Notes: generated by a model not told the origin, from the letters alone. 24,000 nucleotides of DNA from Methanofollis formosanus (GCF_019633745.1 NZ_CP037968.1:912789-936788), one strand, 5' to 3'. Shown: positions 7,390 through 16,480, numbered from the stretch's first letter. A program made the numbers and translations.

Positions 7390-7773
7390 ATGAGTTTTGC
7401 AAGTCCGGTCACGGTGGTCCACCCACGGATTGTGGCCACCGACAGGATCATCGGCAAGAGGGTGAAGAACGCCCTGGGCGAATACCTCGGGGAAGTCCAT
7501 CACCTGATGGTGGACATGGCCTCGGGTTCGATCGTCTTTGCCGTCCTCTCGTCAGGCGGGATCATGGGCCTGGGAGAGAAGTTGTACCCCGTGCCCTGGC
7601 AGGCGCTCACCGAAGAAGAGGACGATTTCCTCCTGAAGATGAGGAAAGAGACGATGGAGACCGCACCCAACTTCGACCGCGGCCACTGGCCGAAGGCCGA
7701 CGACCTCTCCTGGTTCGAGCGGGTGTACCGGTTCTACGACTACAGCCCGCCCTGGGAGATCGAGATCAAATAA
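7390..7773 (+). CDS. PRC-barrel domain protein (127 aa)
   Basis: ATG 7390 is preceded by GAGGGGGGA. The translation (IIGKRVKNALGEYLGEVHHLMVDMASGSIVFAVLSSGG...LYPVPWQAL) has the PRC-barrel pattern. Confidence 0.75.
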   Translation: MSFASPVTVVHPRIVATDRIIGKRVKNALGEYLGEVHHLMVDMASGSIVFAVLSSGGIMGLGEKLYPVPWQALTEEEDDFLLKMRKETMETAPNFDRGHWPKADDLSWFERVYRFYDYSPPWEIEIK

Positions 7774-7804
7774 AAAAGAAGCAAAGGCTCTGTTGAATCA
7801 GGCA

Positions 7805-7978
7805 GAATGGACAAAAAATGTTCAGATCGGTGTTTCGAGGGACGGAAAGATCGATCCCGGATGGCACCGCTCAGGTGCCGCCCCCGCCCTATCTTCTCGC
7901 GAGATGGCGGTACAGATCCGACGACCCGGGGCGGCACGCCTGATCATGCTGAAGATACTTCCGTCCTCTGCCGATCAG
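7805..7978 (+). repeat. copy C3 of a dispersed structured intergenic repeat (inverted relative to C1/C2; lacks the GC-hairpin module)
   Basis: Perfect 10-bp outer arms GTGCCGCCCC 7875-7884 and GGGGCGGCAC 7928-7937. Palindrome TCTCGCGAGA. Blocks GCCGCCCCCGCC(C)TATC, CGCGAGAT, GGGGCGGCACGCCTGATCAT and TCCTCTGC.GATC are shared with the reverse complement of 16281-16786. Confidence 0.65.
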
Positions 7979-8043
7979 ATACAGGTGCAGGGAAGGGGTT
8001 GACCCCAGGCACACACCTCAGAAAAGATTGTGAACAGAGCCAC

Positions 8044-8049
8044 AAAAAA
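8044..8049 (-). terminator. oligo-T (T6) tract downstream of ilvE
   Basis: A6 on the plus strand, 12 nt past the ilvE stop. Confidence 0.4.
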
Positions 8050-8060
8050 CGAGGGTCCGA

Positions 8061-8927
8061 TCAGTAGATCGGGGTCCCTTCGTTCCTGGTGATCGCCGAG
8101 AACCCGGCCATCAGCTGCTTGGTGACCGGGCCGGGGGTGCCGGTCCCGATGGTCCGGCCGTCGATGGTGACGATCGGGCCGAGTTCGGCCGCGGTGCCGG
8201 TGACAAAGACCTCGTCGGCGGTGTAGAGGTCGAAGTAGCCGACGTCGCGCTCCATGACCGTGAGCCCGAGCGAGGCCGCGGCCTCGAGGACGACGTGTCT
8301 GGTGACGCCGCGCAGGTTGTTGAGGGTGTGCGGGGTGATGAGGACGCCGTTCTTGACCAGGAAGAGGTTGTCGCCCGAGCCCTCGGTGATGTTGCCGTGG
8401 GTGTCGAGGAAGATCGCCTCGTCGCCGCCCTTGTAGTTGGCCTCGATCTTGGCAAGGATATTGTTGAGATAGTTGAGGCTCTTGACGTTCGGCGGGAGAG
8501 CGTCGGCGGCGTTTCTGCGGACCGAGACGGTGATCGCGGTCAGGCCCTTCTCGTAGAGGTCGCCGTACATCGCGCCCCACCCGGTGGCGATGATGATCAC
8601 CGTCGGGGTGGCGCACTTGCGCGGGTCGAGGCCCAGGTCACCCTTGCCGCGGGTGACGATCGGCCTGATGTAGGCGTCCTTGAGGTTGTTCCTGCGCAGG
8701 GTTTCAAGAAGCGCCTCCTTGAACTCCTCCCTGGTGATGGGAACCTCAAGGTCGATCGTCTTGGCCGAGTCATAGAGTCGGTCGATGTGCTCGTCCAGTC
8801 TGAAGACCCGTCCGTCATAGGCCCGGATCCCCTCAAAGACACCGTCGCCGTACAGCAGGCCGTGGTCGAAGACCGAGACCTTTGCCTCCTCCTCGGGGAC
8901 AAACTCACCGTTGAGGTAAATGATCAT
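8061..8927 (-). CDS. ilvE: branched-chain amino acid aminotransferase (288 aa)
   Basis: From ATG 8927: [37 protein letters not shown]...YIRPIVTRG...[14 protein letters not shown]. This is the typical fold-type IV PLP aminotransferase sequence. The 222-aa upstream extension in the track ORF is low-complexity and rejected. Confidence 0.9.
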   Translation of the reverse strand: MIIYLNGEFVPEEEAKVSVFDHGLLYGDGVFEGIRAYDGRVFRLDEHIDRLYDSAKTIDLEVPITREEFKEALLETLRRNNLKDAYIRPIVTRGKGDLGLDPRKCATPTVIIIATGWGAMYGDLYEKGLTAITVSVRRNAADALPPNVKSLNYLNNILAKIEANYKGGDEAIFLDTHGNITEGSGDNLFLVKNGVLITPHTLNNLRGVTRHVVLEAAASLGLTVMERDVGYFDLYTADEVFVTGTAAELGPIVTIDGRTIGTGTPGPVTKQLMAGFSAITRNEGTPIY

Positions 8928-8961
8928 GCGTGATCTGTTGGCGCGACGAGGGTATAGAAGT

Positions 8962-10350
8962 TTATGGTCCGTTCCAGCGTTCCCTGCACCGGGAGACGAA
9001 TCCCCGGTACAGGGCGGCGCTCGCCACCGGGTGGAGGTGGGTGTAACTCGCGAGGACGTTGCCGCGGACCGCCCCGTCCATCCCGCCGGCGATCCCGGTA
9101 CCCCTGGAGAGGCGGTAGGCATAGGTCGTCCCTTCGGCGAGGTCGACCTCGGAATAATGGAACTCGTGCCCCTTGAACGCCCAGTCCCCGAAGGGACAGG
9201 CAGGGCCTGACCGGCCCTCGACGTAGCCCAGGGTCCGGCGGGCCGGGATGGCCGCTTCACCAGGGAGGACACCGCACATCTCGTAGACTTCCTCATGCTC
9301 CCGTCCCTGCCACCCGGAGCGCAGGACCAGGCAGTCGGTGAGATAGACGAGTCCGCCGCACTCGGCGTAGATGGGGACGCCGTCCTCGGCGGCGGCACGG
9401 AGTCCCTCCCGCATCCCCCGATTCTTCTCAAGCCCGGCGGCGTGGATCTCGGGATACCCGCCGCCGAGGATGTAGCCGTCGGCCTCCGGGAATGAGTCGT
9501 GGATGGGGCTGAAGGTGACGACTTCTGCCCCCAGCACACGCAGGAGGTCGAAGAGGTCGTTGTAGTAGAAGGTGAAGGCCTCGTCGTAGGCAACCGCGAC
9601 CCTGAGGTCGGGCGCCGCCCGCACCGGCGCGAAGATCTCTTCGGCCGGACCTTGCGGGGTGTACTCGACCATCAGCGCCTTCAGGGCGTCGAGGTCGATG
9701 CACGAGGCCACGACGTCCTGGACCGCCTCGACCCGCGCCAGGAAGTCGCCGCCTTCCTGCCCCTCGCGGTAGGGGACCAGGCCGAGGTGGCGCATCGCCA
9801 GCTGCATCCCCTCGTCCCTCGGGACCGCACCGATCACCGGGAGCCCGCAGTAGTGTTCGATGGCTCTCGTGGTCTTTTCACGGTGACCTGCGGTCCTGAT
9901 GTTGTTGAGGATGACACCGACGACCTTCACGTCTGGGTCGAAGCCAGCATACCCGTTGACGATGGCGGCGGCGCTCCTGGTGATGCTCCGGGCGTCCACG
10001 ACCAGGACCACCGGGAGATCGAGGGCCTTGGCGACCGAGGCGGTGCTGCCGGCGTCGCCGACGGCCTCGGCACCCTCGAAAAGCCCCCGCACTCCTTCGA
10101 CCAGGGCAAGGTCGGCGCCCTTCGCACCATGCTCGAAGACTCCCCGCATCTGGGCCGGGGACATTACATAGGAGTCCAGGTTCCGGCAGGGCCTGCCGGT
10201 GACCGCCGTCAGGTACGACGGGTCGATGTAGTCCATCGCCACCTTGTAGGTCTGGACCGTGGCCTCCCGCGAGAGGAGGGCGGCGAGGGCGAGGGTGATG
10301 CTCGTCTTCCCGCTGCCCGAGCGGTCGCCTGAGATGAGAAGCCCTTTCAT
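8962..10350 (-). CDS. cfbB: Ni-sirohydrochlorin a,c-diamide synthase (CbiA/CobB-family amidotransferase, 462 aa)
   Basis: From ATG 10350: [23 protein letters not shown] (P-loop), with a C-terminal glutamine amidotransferase part ([16 protein letters not shown]). Assigned to cfbB rather than cbiA from its operon context with cfbA/E/D. Confidence 0.8.
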   Translation of the reverse strand: MKGLLISGDRSGSGKTSITLALAALLSREATVQTYKVAMDYIDPSYLTAVTGRPCRNLDSYVMSPAQMRGVFEHGAKGADLALVEGVRGLFEGAEAVGDAGSTASVAKALDLPVVLVVDARSITRSAAAIVNGYAGFDPDVKVVGVILNNIRTAGHREKTTRAIEHYCGLPVIGAVPRDEGMQLAMRHLGLVPYREGQEGGDFLARVEAVQDVVASCIDLDALKALMVEYTPQGPAEEIFAPVRAAPDLRVAVAYDEAFTFYYNDLFDLLRVLGAEVVTFSPIHDSFPEADGYILGGGYPEIHAAGLEKNRGMREGLRAAAEDGVPIYAECGGLVYLTDCLVLRSGWQGREHEEVYEMCGVLPGEAAIPARRTLGYVEGRSGPACPFGDWAFKGHEFHYSEVDLAEGTTYAYRLSRGTGIAGGMDGAVRGNVLASYTHLHPVASAALYRGFVSRCRERWNGP

Positions 10351-10354
10351 CTGC

Positions 10355-11428
10355 TCACTCTCCCTCTGCCATGCTCCGCAACACCGCCCCGAACTCGCTC
10401 TCCACCATCTCCCTGACCCCGAGGGTCTTGGGGTGGAGGTCGACCTCGACGACGACCATGGCGTGGCCGATCGCCTTGAGGGGCGCGACCTGCCTGGGGC
10501 CGTTGGTGACCGAGATCGTCTCGATCCCGTCGGTGTACTCCGGCGGGACGGCGTGGGGCACGCCGACCAGGAAGGCGAAGTCGGGTTTGATCTCGCGGAT
10601 CCGTTCGCCGACGGCCGCGCCGTTCTCGCCATACTCGTCGAGCGAGCCGAGGAGTTCGGGGTCGAGCCCCCGCTCCTGCATCCCGGCCAGGACGCGCTCG
10701 CCGTCGGCCCGGACCTTCGGGAGACCGCGGTCCTCGAGGTTGGCGAGATAGGTGATCTCGGCCTCAGGGCAGGCCTCGCGGAGGGCGCAGAGTTCGTCGG
10801 CAAACATGTATGCCGTCTCTTTCTTGGCGTTGAGCACCGCGACCCCCCGTTTCCCGCTCCGCGCAAGGTCGAGGAGACGGCAGGCGGCGAGGTGCTTGAG
10901 GTCGCCCCGCGAGGGTTCGATGTACGGCTGCGAGGCCGCACCCCTGAGCCGTTCCACCTGGTTTGCCGCGGCGAGGAGACGGCGCTGCCGTTCGAGTTCG
11001 TCCTCGCTGATCCACCCGGCCCGTGCGGCCGGTTCGAGGACCGCAAGGACGCCTTCGATGTTCTCCCTGAAGCCCGCATGGATCTCGACGCCGATGGTCG
11101 GGGTCTCGACGCCCGACGCCTCGATGGCGGCTTCGATGTCCTCGCCGATGATCATCGAGACGCAGGTCCCGATCACCGCCATCCGCTTCGGGGAGAACTC
11201 GGTCTCGGCGTACCTGAGCACCCGCTCCAGGACGCCCTGACCACCGAAGATGAACTCGTTCTCGCCGAGCGAGGTGGTCAGGACCCGCATCCCGTCCTCT
11301 TCAAGGAGACGGGCGTGCTTGAAGGAGCAGCCCGATGGGCCGTGAAGGATCGCCACCTCCACCCCGAGGTCGCGGGCGGTGTACAGGGAAGCGACGATCG
11401 AGCTTGGGCGTGGTTGTACGTATTCCAT
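10355..11428 (-). CDS. cfbD: Ni-sirohydrochlorin a,c-diamide reductive cyclase, NifD/NifK-like subunit (357 aa)
   Basis: Nitrogenase component-1-like sequence without a P-loop (ILHGPSGCSFKHARL...VIGTCVSMIIGEDI). Lies 4-6 nt from its neighbours in the cfb operon. Confidence 0.8.
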   Translation of the reverse strand: MEYVQPRPSSIVASLYTARDLGVEVAILHGPSGCSFKHARLLEEDGMRVLTTSLGENEFIFGGQGVLERVLRYAETEFSPKRMAVIGTCVSMIIGEDIEAAIEASGVETPTIGVEIHAGFRENIEGVLAVLEPAARAGWISEDELERQRRLLAAANQVERLRGAASQPYIEPSRGDLKHLAACRLLDLARSGKRGVAVLNAKKETAYMFADELCALREACPEAEITYLANLEDRGLPKVRADGERVLAGMQERGLDPELLGSLDEYGENGAAVGERIREIKPDFAFLVGVPHAVPPEYTDGIETISVTNGPRQVAPLKAIGHAMVVVEVDLHPKTLGVREMVESEFGAVLRSMAEGE

Positions 11429-11434
11429 TCTATC

Positions 11435-12616
11435 CTATCTCCATGTCTTGACGGCAAGGACAATAGTCCCACCGTAGCTCATCTGCTCTGCTCTGTGGAT
11501 CCCGTCCTCCAGGTCGGCGGCCGTCACGGCGCCGGCCGGGAGGTCGTCTGCGTCGTAGTCGCCGACGACGACGGTGCGGTCGGGTGCGATCGCCGCCACC
11601 GCGGCCCGAACCTCCGCGGCCGGGAAGCCCTCGCAGATGGTCTGCCCCTCGGTCCCGATCACCAGGACGAGGGGGGCGGCGCCCCCGAGAGCCCGGGCGT
11701 ACGCGGCGGCGTCGACGGCGACCTCGCGGCAGGCGCCGCTGTTCGCGCAGTCGACGGTGAGGCGGCCCTCCTCGCGGGAGACCGCCATCCGTCCGGGAAG
11801 GGGAGCGAAGTCCGCGAGGCCTGCGGGATCGCGGCCGAGCAGGCAGGCGGCGGCGGCCGCCAGGTGCAGTGCCGTCCGGTAACCCCGCAGGGCAAGGAGC
11901 GGGTTCTCGAAGGAGCCTTTCGCATCGCCGTACCGGTAGGTGCAGCGCGTCCCCTCGACGACGGCGACTGCGTCGGCGGCGATCGCGCCCGGCACGTTCA
12001 CCCCGGTGGGGACGAGCACCCGCGGCGCGGCGGCGAGGGAGCGGACCTTCTCGGCGAGGGCCCGCTTCTTCCCGGCGGCGCAGGGGTAGTCGTCGCCCGA
12101 GGTGAGGACCGCAAGGTCGCCCACCCCCGAGACCCCGAGAGACTCTTCGGCGATCAACCACCCGCCGCACGCGACCGCTTCCTTCGCGGCCGGGAGGACC
12201 GAGGCCGGCGTGATGGAGCGTCTCCACAGACGCCGGCGTTCAGGAAAAACGAAGGTGCCCATCGAGGTGTGAAGCACCCCGGGGCCCCCGAGCAGATGCG
12301 CGAGGGCCGTCGCCGTGGTGGTCTTCCCCCTCGCACCGGTGACCTCGACCATCAATTCCGGGCGGCAGGAGAGAAGGAGGCGGCGGACCGCCTCATGGTG
12401 GGTGACGCGCTCAGGCGCCCGCCCGAGGAGAGGGTGGTCGGGGTCGAGGTGGACCGGGGCGACGACCAGGTCGTAGGACCGTCCCGCCGCCACGGCAGCG
12501 GGGATCCCGGTCTCGCCGCGGTAGACGTCCACCGCGTCGACGGTGTGCCCGGCCTCCTCCAGCGCCCCGGCGATCTCGGCGCCGCCGTGGATGGTGTCGA
12601 GGACGAGAATCTTCAT
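11435..12616 (-). CDS. cfbE: coenzyme F430 synthetase (Mur-ligase-like, 393 aa)
   Basis: Mur ligase ATP-binding motif VTGARGKTTT. The ATG directly abuts the cfbA stop (TGAATG). Confidence 0.8.
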   Translation of the reverse strand: MKILVLDTIHGGAEIAGALEEAGHTVDAVDVYRGETGIPAAVAAGRSYDLVVAPVHLDPDHPLLGRAPERVTHHEAVRRLLLSCRPELMVEVTGARGKTTTATALAHLLGGPGVLHTSMGTFVFPERRRLWRRSITPASVLPAAKEAVACGGWLIAEESLGVSGVGDLAVLTSGDDYPCAAGKKRALAEKVRSLAAAPRVLVPTGVNVPGAIAADAVAVVEGTRCTYRYGDAKGSFENPLLALRGYRTALHLAAAAACLLGRDPAGLADFAPLPGRMAVSREEGRLTVDCANSGACREVAVDAAAYARALGGAAPLVLVIGTEGQTICEGFPAAEVRAAVAAIAPDRTVVVGDYDADDLPAGAVTAADLEDGIHRAEQMSYGGTIVLAVKTWR

Positions 12617-13021
12617 TCAGACTTCTGCGTTGATCGCGTCTTCGGCGTTCTTGACCATCAGGTCGGCCAGGAGGGGGTCGGGCCCGATGGGGTTGGCATA
12701 GACCAGCGGGATCTCGCCGGTGGTGTGGGCGAAGAGCCCCTTCTTCTCGCCCTCGGGGAGGCCGAGGAGGGCCGGGATGTCCTTGAGGATGTGGATGCCC
12801 TTGGCAAGGAAGAGCGGGACGACGACGAGCATCTCGATCTCGTCTTCCTTAAAGAGGTTCAGGGCGTCCTCCACCGTCGGGGTGTTCATGGACATGAAGC
12901 CCGGCCTGACCAGGTATTCGGGGTGCTGGTCGGCGATGTGAGCGGCGGTCTTCTCGATGAGTTCCTTGTTGTAGGCAAGTTTGCTGCCGTGGCCGACGAG
13001 TAGTAATCCCTTTCGTGACAT
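12617..13021 (-). CDS. cfbA: sirohydrochlorin nickel/cobalt chelatase, small CbiX type (134 aa)
   Basis: From ATG 13021: MSRKGLLLVGHGSKLAYNKE...VVVPLFLAKGIHILKDIP, the CbiX(S) signature. The 25-aa upstream extension in the track is rejected. Confidence 0.8.
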   Translation of the reverse strand: MSRKGLLLVGHGSKLAYNKELIEKTAAHIADQHPEYLVRPGFMSMNTPTVEDALNLFKEDEIEMLVVVPLFLAKGIHILKDIPALLGLPEGEKKGLFAHTTGEIPLVYANPIGPDPLLADLMVKNAEDAINAEV

Positions 13022-13043
13022 ATAATAATGAGTACAACTTTCG

Positions 13044-13054
13044 TAGCATAAATG
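13044..13054 (-). promoter_or_regulatory. candidate TATA box (minus strand CATTTATGC) for the cfbAEDB operon, implying a leaderless or near-leaderless mRNA
   Basis: AT-rich box centred about 29 nt upstream of ATG 13021. There is no SD sequence in between. Confidence 0.35.
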
Positions 13055-13348
13055 TGTTACCGATTGGGTTTCCGGCCCGCCGGGCCGCCGGGGCATTGCC
13101 TTCCGACACCCGCACCTCCTGTGCGATGCAAGGGGACGTTCCTCACGGTCAACTCCGCCCGGTCGACGGGATCACGGTGTTTTCGGAGAAGGACAGACGG
13201 CACGGCCATCAGTCCATCGAATGCCGGACACGTCCGAGAACGAGGACTTCGCGAGGGGCATCCCGCTTGAACGCACCGGCAAGGCGTACACCCTCAACAG
13301 CCCGTAACAAAAGGGCTTTGTGATGACAGGGACAACATTGGAGGAAGC

Positions 13349-14485
13349 ATGATCGAGTGGTACGAACGCTGCGGATTGATCCTCAACGGCCAGGTGGTGA
13401 AGACTCCGGTTGTCATTGCATCGATGGCAGGGATAACCGACGCCGCCTATGTGCTGGCCAGAAAAGAGCATATCGGTGCCGCGTTCATCGGCGGATACTC
13501 CATCGACGCGGAGACGATGGAGGCGAGCCGCGCGATGGCGGCGGGGGGCCGGGACGAGTTTGTGTACGATGACCCGGTCGCCGAGTTGAAGGAACAGGTC
13601 AGTGCCCTGGAGGGAAGCGGGGTGTTGATCGGCCTGAACCTGCGGGGGAGCACGCCCGCCTCGTACGCGGCAGTCGCCGAGGAGATCGGGGACGGTGTGG
13701 TCTACGAGATCGATGCCCATTGCCGCCAGCCCCAGATGACGGCGATCGGGTGCGGCGAGGCCCTGCTGCACGAACCGCACCGGCTTGCCGAGATCGTCAG
13801 GGCGCTCAAGGCGCTGGACGTGACCGTCTCGGTGAAGATGCGGGCCGGCGTTGCGGAGAACGACGCCGCGCTCGCCCGTCTCCTCTGGAAGAGCGGGGCC
13901 GACCTCCTCCATGTGGACCTGATGGACTTCGGCTACGCACGGCTGCGCCAGATCCGGAATGCCTGCCCGTTGCCGCTCATCGCGAACAACTCGATCACTT
14001 CCTTCGACCGGGCGATGGACATGTTCGCCCATGGGGCCGATATGGTCTCGCTCGCACGACGTTCGGACGAGCGGACGCTGGCCGGGATCGATGCGGCGAT
14101 CTGCCGGCGGGCCGACGAGACCGGGTGGTACAACGCCCCCAAGCAGCTCTGCCGGGGCGGCGACATCAGGTCGCTCACCTTCTGCTGCCTGCCGGTGAAG
14201 CACTGCCCGCTTCTCCCGTTCCTGGAGAGATTGGGACTCACCAGGGAGGAGTATATGGCGATGAAGGCCGAAGCGGTCGCCGACACCCCGCTGGCCGACG
14301 GGAAGATGACCTGTTTCGGGAGTATGGCCTGGTGCTGCAAGTCGAGTTCGCCGTGCATGCTGCGCGGGATCGCGACGAAAGCGGCCGGAATCAGCGACCA
14401 GGAGTATATGCGCCTGAAGCGCCGGCTTGCCGACGAGATCATGGAGCGGATCTTCGATGGAGTGTCGGGCAAAGAAGAGTGCTGA
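13349..14485 (+). CDS. methanogenesis-marker-9-like fusion protein: Dus/DHOD-like TIM-barrel N-domain + Cys-rich C-domain (378 aa)
   Basis: ATG is preceded by GGAGGAAG. The N-domain has PVVIASMAGITD and IDAHCRQPQM...GCGEALL...VSVKMR (dihydrouridine-synthase-like). The C-domain has eight Cys, including two [FW]CC-x5-C motifs (FCCLPVKHC, WCCKSSSPC), as I recall for the marker-9 domain. Confidence 0.65.
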   Translation: MIEWYERCGLILNGQVVKTPVVIASMAGITDAAYVLARKEHIGAAFIGGYSIDAETMEASRAMAAGGRDEFVYDDPVAELKEQVSALEGSGVLIGLNLRGSTPASYAAVAEEIGDGVVYEIDAHCRQPQMTAIGCGEALLHEPHRLAEIVRALKALDVTVSVKMRAGVAENDAALARLLWKSGADLLHVDLMDFGYARLRQIRNACPLPLIANNSITSFDRAMDMFAHGADMVSLARRSDERTLAGIDAAICRRADETGWYNAPKQLCRGGDIRSLTFCCLPVKHCPLLPFLERLGLTREEYMAMKAEAVADTPLADGKMTCFGSMAWCCKSSSPCMLRGIATKAAGISDQEYMRLKRRLADEIMERIFDGVSGKEEC

Positions 14486-15278
14486 GCTGGCGCAGCTCGC
14501 GATGGCCCTGGAGGTCTCGGCCTCCCCGAAGCCGGGGAACGTGGACCGGGGCCACGACTATCCCGACACTCGTCTGGAACACTTCCTGGCCTCGGCAGTC
14601 TTCGCGGGCCGGGCCCTGGGTCTGGCCGAGGAGGGCGGGCCGGGGATCGGTGAGGTGATCCTGGAGGCGGTGAAGGACACCAACTGCCATGCCGGCGGGA
14701 ACACGCATTTCGGGGCGTTTATCCTGCTGGTCCCGCTGGTCCGGGGCGGCGGCGTCGACGGGGCCGTGCGGGCGGTGCAGGCGACGACGGTCGATGACGC
14801 GGTGGCCTTCTACCGGGCTTTCGGGGCGACGCAGGTGCGGGTGCTGGAGAGCGACGACCTGGACGTGAACGATCCCACGGCGCTGGAGCGCCTGCGCGAG
14901 GAGGGGATGACCCTCTACGATGTGATGGCCTACTCGGCGCCGCGGGACATGGTGGCGCGGGAGTGGACGAACGGCTTCGCGCTCTGCCGGGAGACAAAGG
15001 ATCTCCTCTTCGCCCACGGCAGCGGGAAGGAGGCGATCGTGCGGGCCTTCCTCGACCTGCTGGCGGCCCACCCGGACACCTTTGTCGCGAAGAAACTGGG
15101 CGACGACGCGGCCCGCCGGACGATGGAACGGGCCGGCGAGGTGAAGGCCGGGACGCTCTCGCTGGAGGCCTTCGACGAGGAGTGTCTGGCCGCCGGGGTG
15201 AACCCGGGTTCGCTGGCCGACATCATGATCGCGGGGATCTATCTCGCGCTCAACGAGGGGTGGGCATGGGATTCCTGA
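14457..15278 (+). CDS. triphosphoribosyl-dephospho-CoA synthase (CitG/MdcB)-like protein (273 aa)
   Basis: ATG 14457 follows GGAGCGGA. The sequence has PKPGNVDR, GGNTHFGAFILL and NPGSLADI, which are CitG-family motifs. It overlaps the upstream gene by 29 nt. Confidence 0.7.
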   Translation: MECRAKKSAELAQLAMALEVSASPKPGNVDRGHDYPDTRLEHFLASAVFAGRALGLAEEGGPGIGEVILEAVKDTNCHAGGNTHFGAFILLVPLVRGGGVDGAVRAVQATTVDDAVAFYRAFGATQVRVLESDDLDVNDPTALERLREEGMTLYDVMAYSAPRDMVAREWTNGFALCRETKDLLFAHGSGKEAIVRAFLDLLAAHPDTFVAKKLGDDAARRTMERAGEVKAGTLSLEAFDEECLAAGVNPGSLADIMIAGIYLALNEGWAWDS

Positions 15279-15835
15279 GAGAGGGGATCAACGAGGTGGT
15301 CGCGACGACCCGCGGCAATGCCGCACCGATGGGGATCATCTGCCGCAACGGCGCGCTCTCGATGGTCCTGTTCCGGGGTTCCCACACCGAGGCAAATATC
15401 AGACGGGACGGATGGGTGGTCGCCAACCTCACCGCCGACCCGGTGGTCTGGGTGCGCACGGCCTTCGAGGACCTGCCGCCCGAGGATCTGGTCGCCGAGG
15501 AGGTCGGGGGCCGGCGGGTGGAGCGCCTGCGGGCGTGCGAGGCCTGGGCGGCGTTCGCGGCGGAGGTGAAGCACGAGACCGCGGAGAAGACCCTGGTCGC
15601 CCTCACCCCGCTGGCGGAGCCGGTGGTCCTGAAGGAGGGGGTCTGCCCGGTGAACCGCGGGTTTGCCGGGATCATCGAGGCGACGGTGCATGCCACCCGG
15701 TATGTGCAGAACCGAGACCCGCATCTCAGGGCCCTCATCGATCATCACCTGGCGCTGGTGCAGCGGTGCGGGGGGCCGCGGGAGTGGGAGGCGGCGCGGG
15801 TGTTGAAGGGATTTCTCGGCGACGAGAAGAAGTGA
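15266..15835 (+). CDS. DUF447-family protein (189 aa), a family linked with CitG-like genes in tetrahydromethanopterin-related clusters
   Basis: From ATG 15266: MGFLREGINEVVATTRGNAAPMGII...NRGFAGIIEATVHATRY. It overlaps the CitG-like gene by 13 nt. The family call is from memory. Confidence 0.6.
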   Translation: MGFLREGINEVVATTRGNAAPMGIICRNGALSMVLFRGSHTEANIRRDGWVVANLTADPVVWVRTAFEDLPPEDLVAEEVGGRRVERLRACEAWAAFAAEVKHETAEKTLVALTPLAEPVVLKEGVCPVNRGFAGIIEATVHATRYVQNRDPHLRALIDHHLALVQRCGGPREWEAARVLKGFLGDEKK

Positions 15836-16280
15836 ACGTTCCGGGTGAACCGCGATCACGGGAAGACGGAATCGATCTCGTCTCTGGATCTGGCACTGAG
15901 GTCATCCCAAAACTCTCCGGCCCTCCTCCTCATTGATGATGACGATGGGGAGAGACCTGCTTCTCCGTCGCGCAACTCTGCATTCATCACCTTCCTACAC
16001 CGCCGCGCCGTGGGCGAGTTTGAGGGCGGCTCTCCGATAATGTTCCTACGTGGTGGCTTCTCCGAAGAGGGAGCACGATCCGTCCCTTCTCCTGATACTT
16101 ACGATCATTTTTGGCTGTGGGGTGGTGGATAAAGATTTTACCGCCCCAAGCACCTGCATGGACTTGATATGCAGAGGAAAGAAACACCCTCTGAACGATC
16201 AACCCTCTGCCTTCCCGGTCCTCTCTTCATCCCCGGCGGTCCGAGGGACAGCGCCCCCGGCACAAGGGTGTGGGAAGGCA

Positions 16281-16480
16281 TGATGATCAGGCGTGCCGCC
16301 CCTATCGCAGAATCTGTCCTGGTATCTCGCGCCGGGGGGAGACCCCCCGGACCCCCCACGACGAGGATAGGCGGGGGCGGCGAAGGAACACGATCCCCAT
16401 CGGTTCTTCAGTCTTGAAAAAGAGCGATCGAGCGACGAGAAATTTTCATCCCATATGCTTGAGACGTGCTTTCCCTTCAT
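16281..16480 (-). repeat. copy C1 of the dispersed structured intergenic repeat
   Basis: Outer arms GCCGCCCC 16295-16302 and GGGGCGGC 16374-16381. Perfect 8-bp GC hairpin CCGGGGGG-aga-CCCCCCGG at 16332-16350. Small hairpin core GACGAGAAATTTTCATC at 16434-16450. About 3/4 identical to C2 in ungapped blocks, by eye. Confidence 0.7.

Noticed and set aside
8928-11079. Long N-terminal extensions of the ilvE (to 9593) and cfbB (to 11079) track ORFs
   Set aside because: The extensions overlap the upstream genes and are low-complexity. The canonical N-termini (MIIYLNGEF…, [16 protein letters not shown]…) start at internal ATGs.
10259-13003. 914-aa plus-strand ORF spanning the whole cfb region
   Set aside because: It is antisense to four recognisable cfb genes. 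The translation is Arg/Gly/Asp/Pro-rich with no motifs. This is the typical stop-free antisense frame of high-GC DNA.
13221-13307. 28-aa ORF (MPDTSENEDFARGIPLERTGKAYTLNSP) with very high third-position GC in the cfbA/marker-9 spacer
   Set aside because: No SD, too short, no homolog recognisable. High GC3 alone is weak evidence in this genome.
13172-14203. 343-aa minus-strand ORF opposite the marker-9-like gene
   Set aside because: It is antisense to a gene with recognisable domains, and its own translation has no motifs.
15845-16202. 95-aa (+) and 71-aa (-) ORFs, and a 45-aa minus-strand ORF ending …FWDDLSARSRDEIDSVFP, in the gene-free region
   Set aside because: No motifs, poor start contexts, and mutually overlapping frames. 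Nothing distinguishes them from random open frames in GC-rich DNA.
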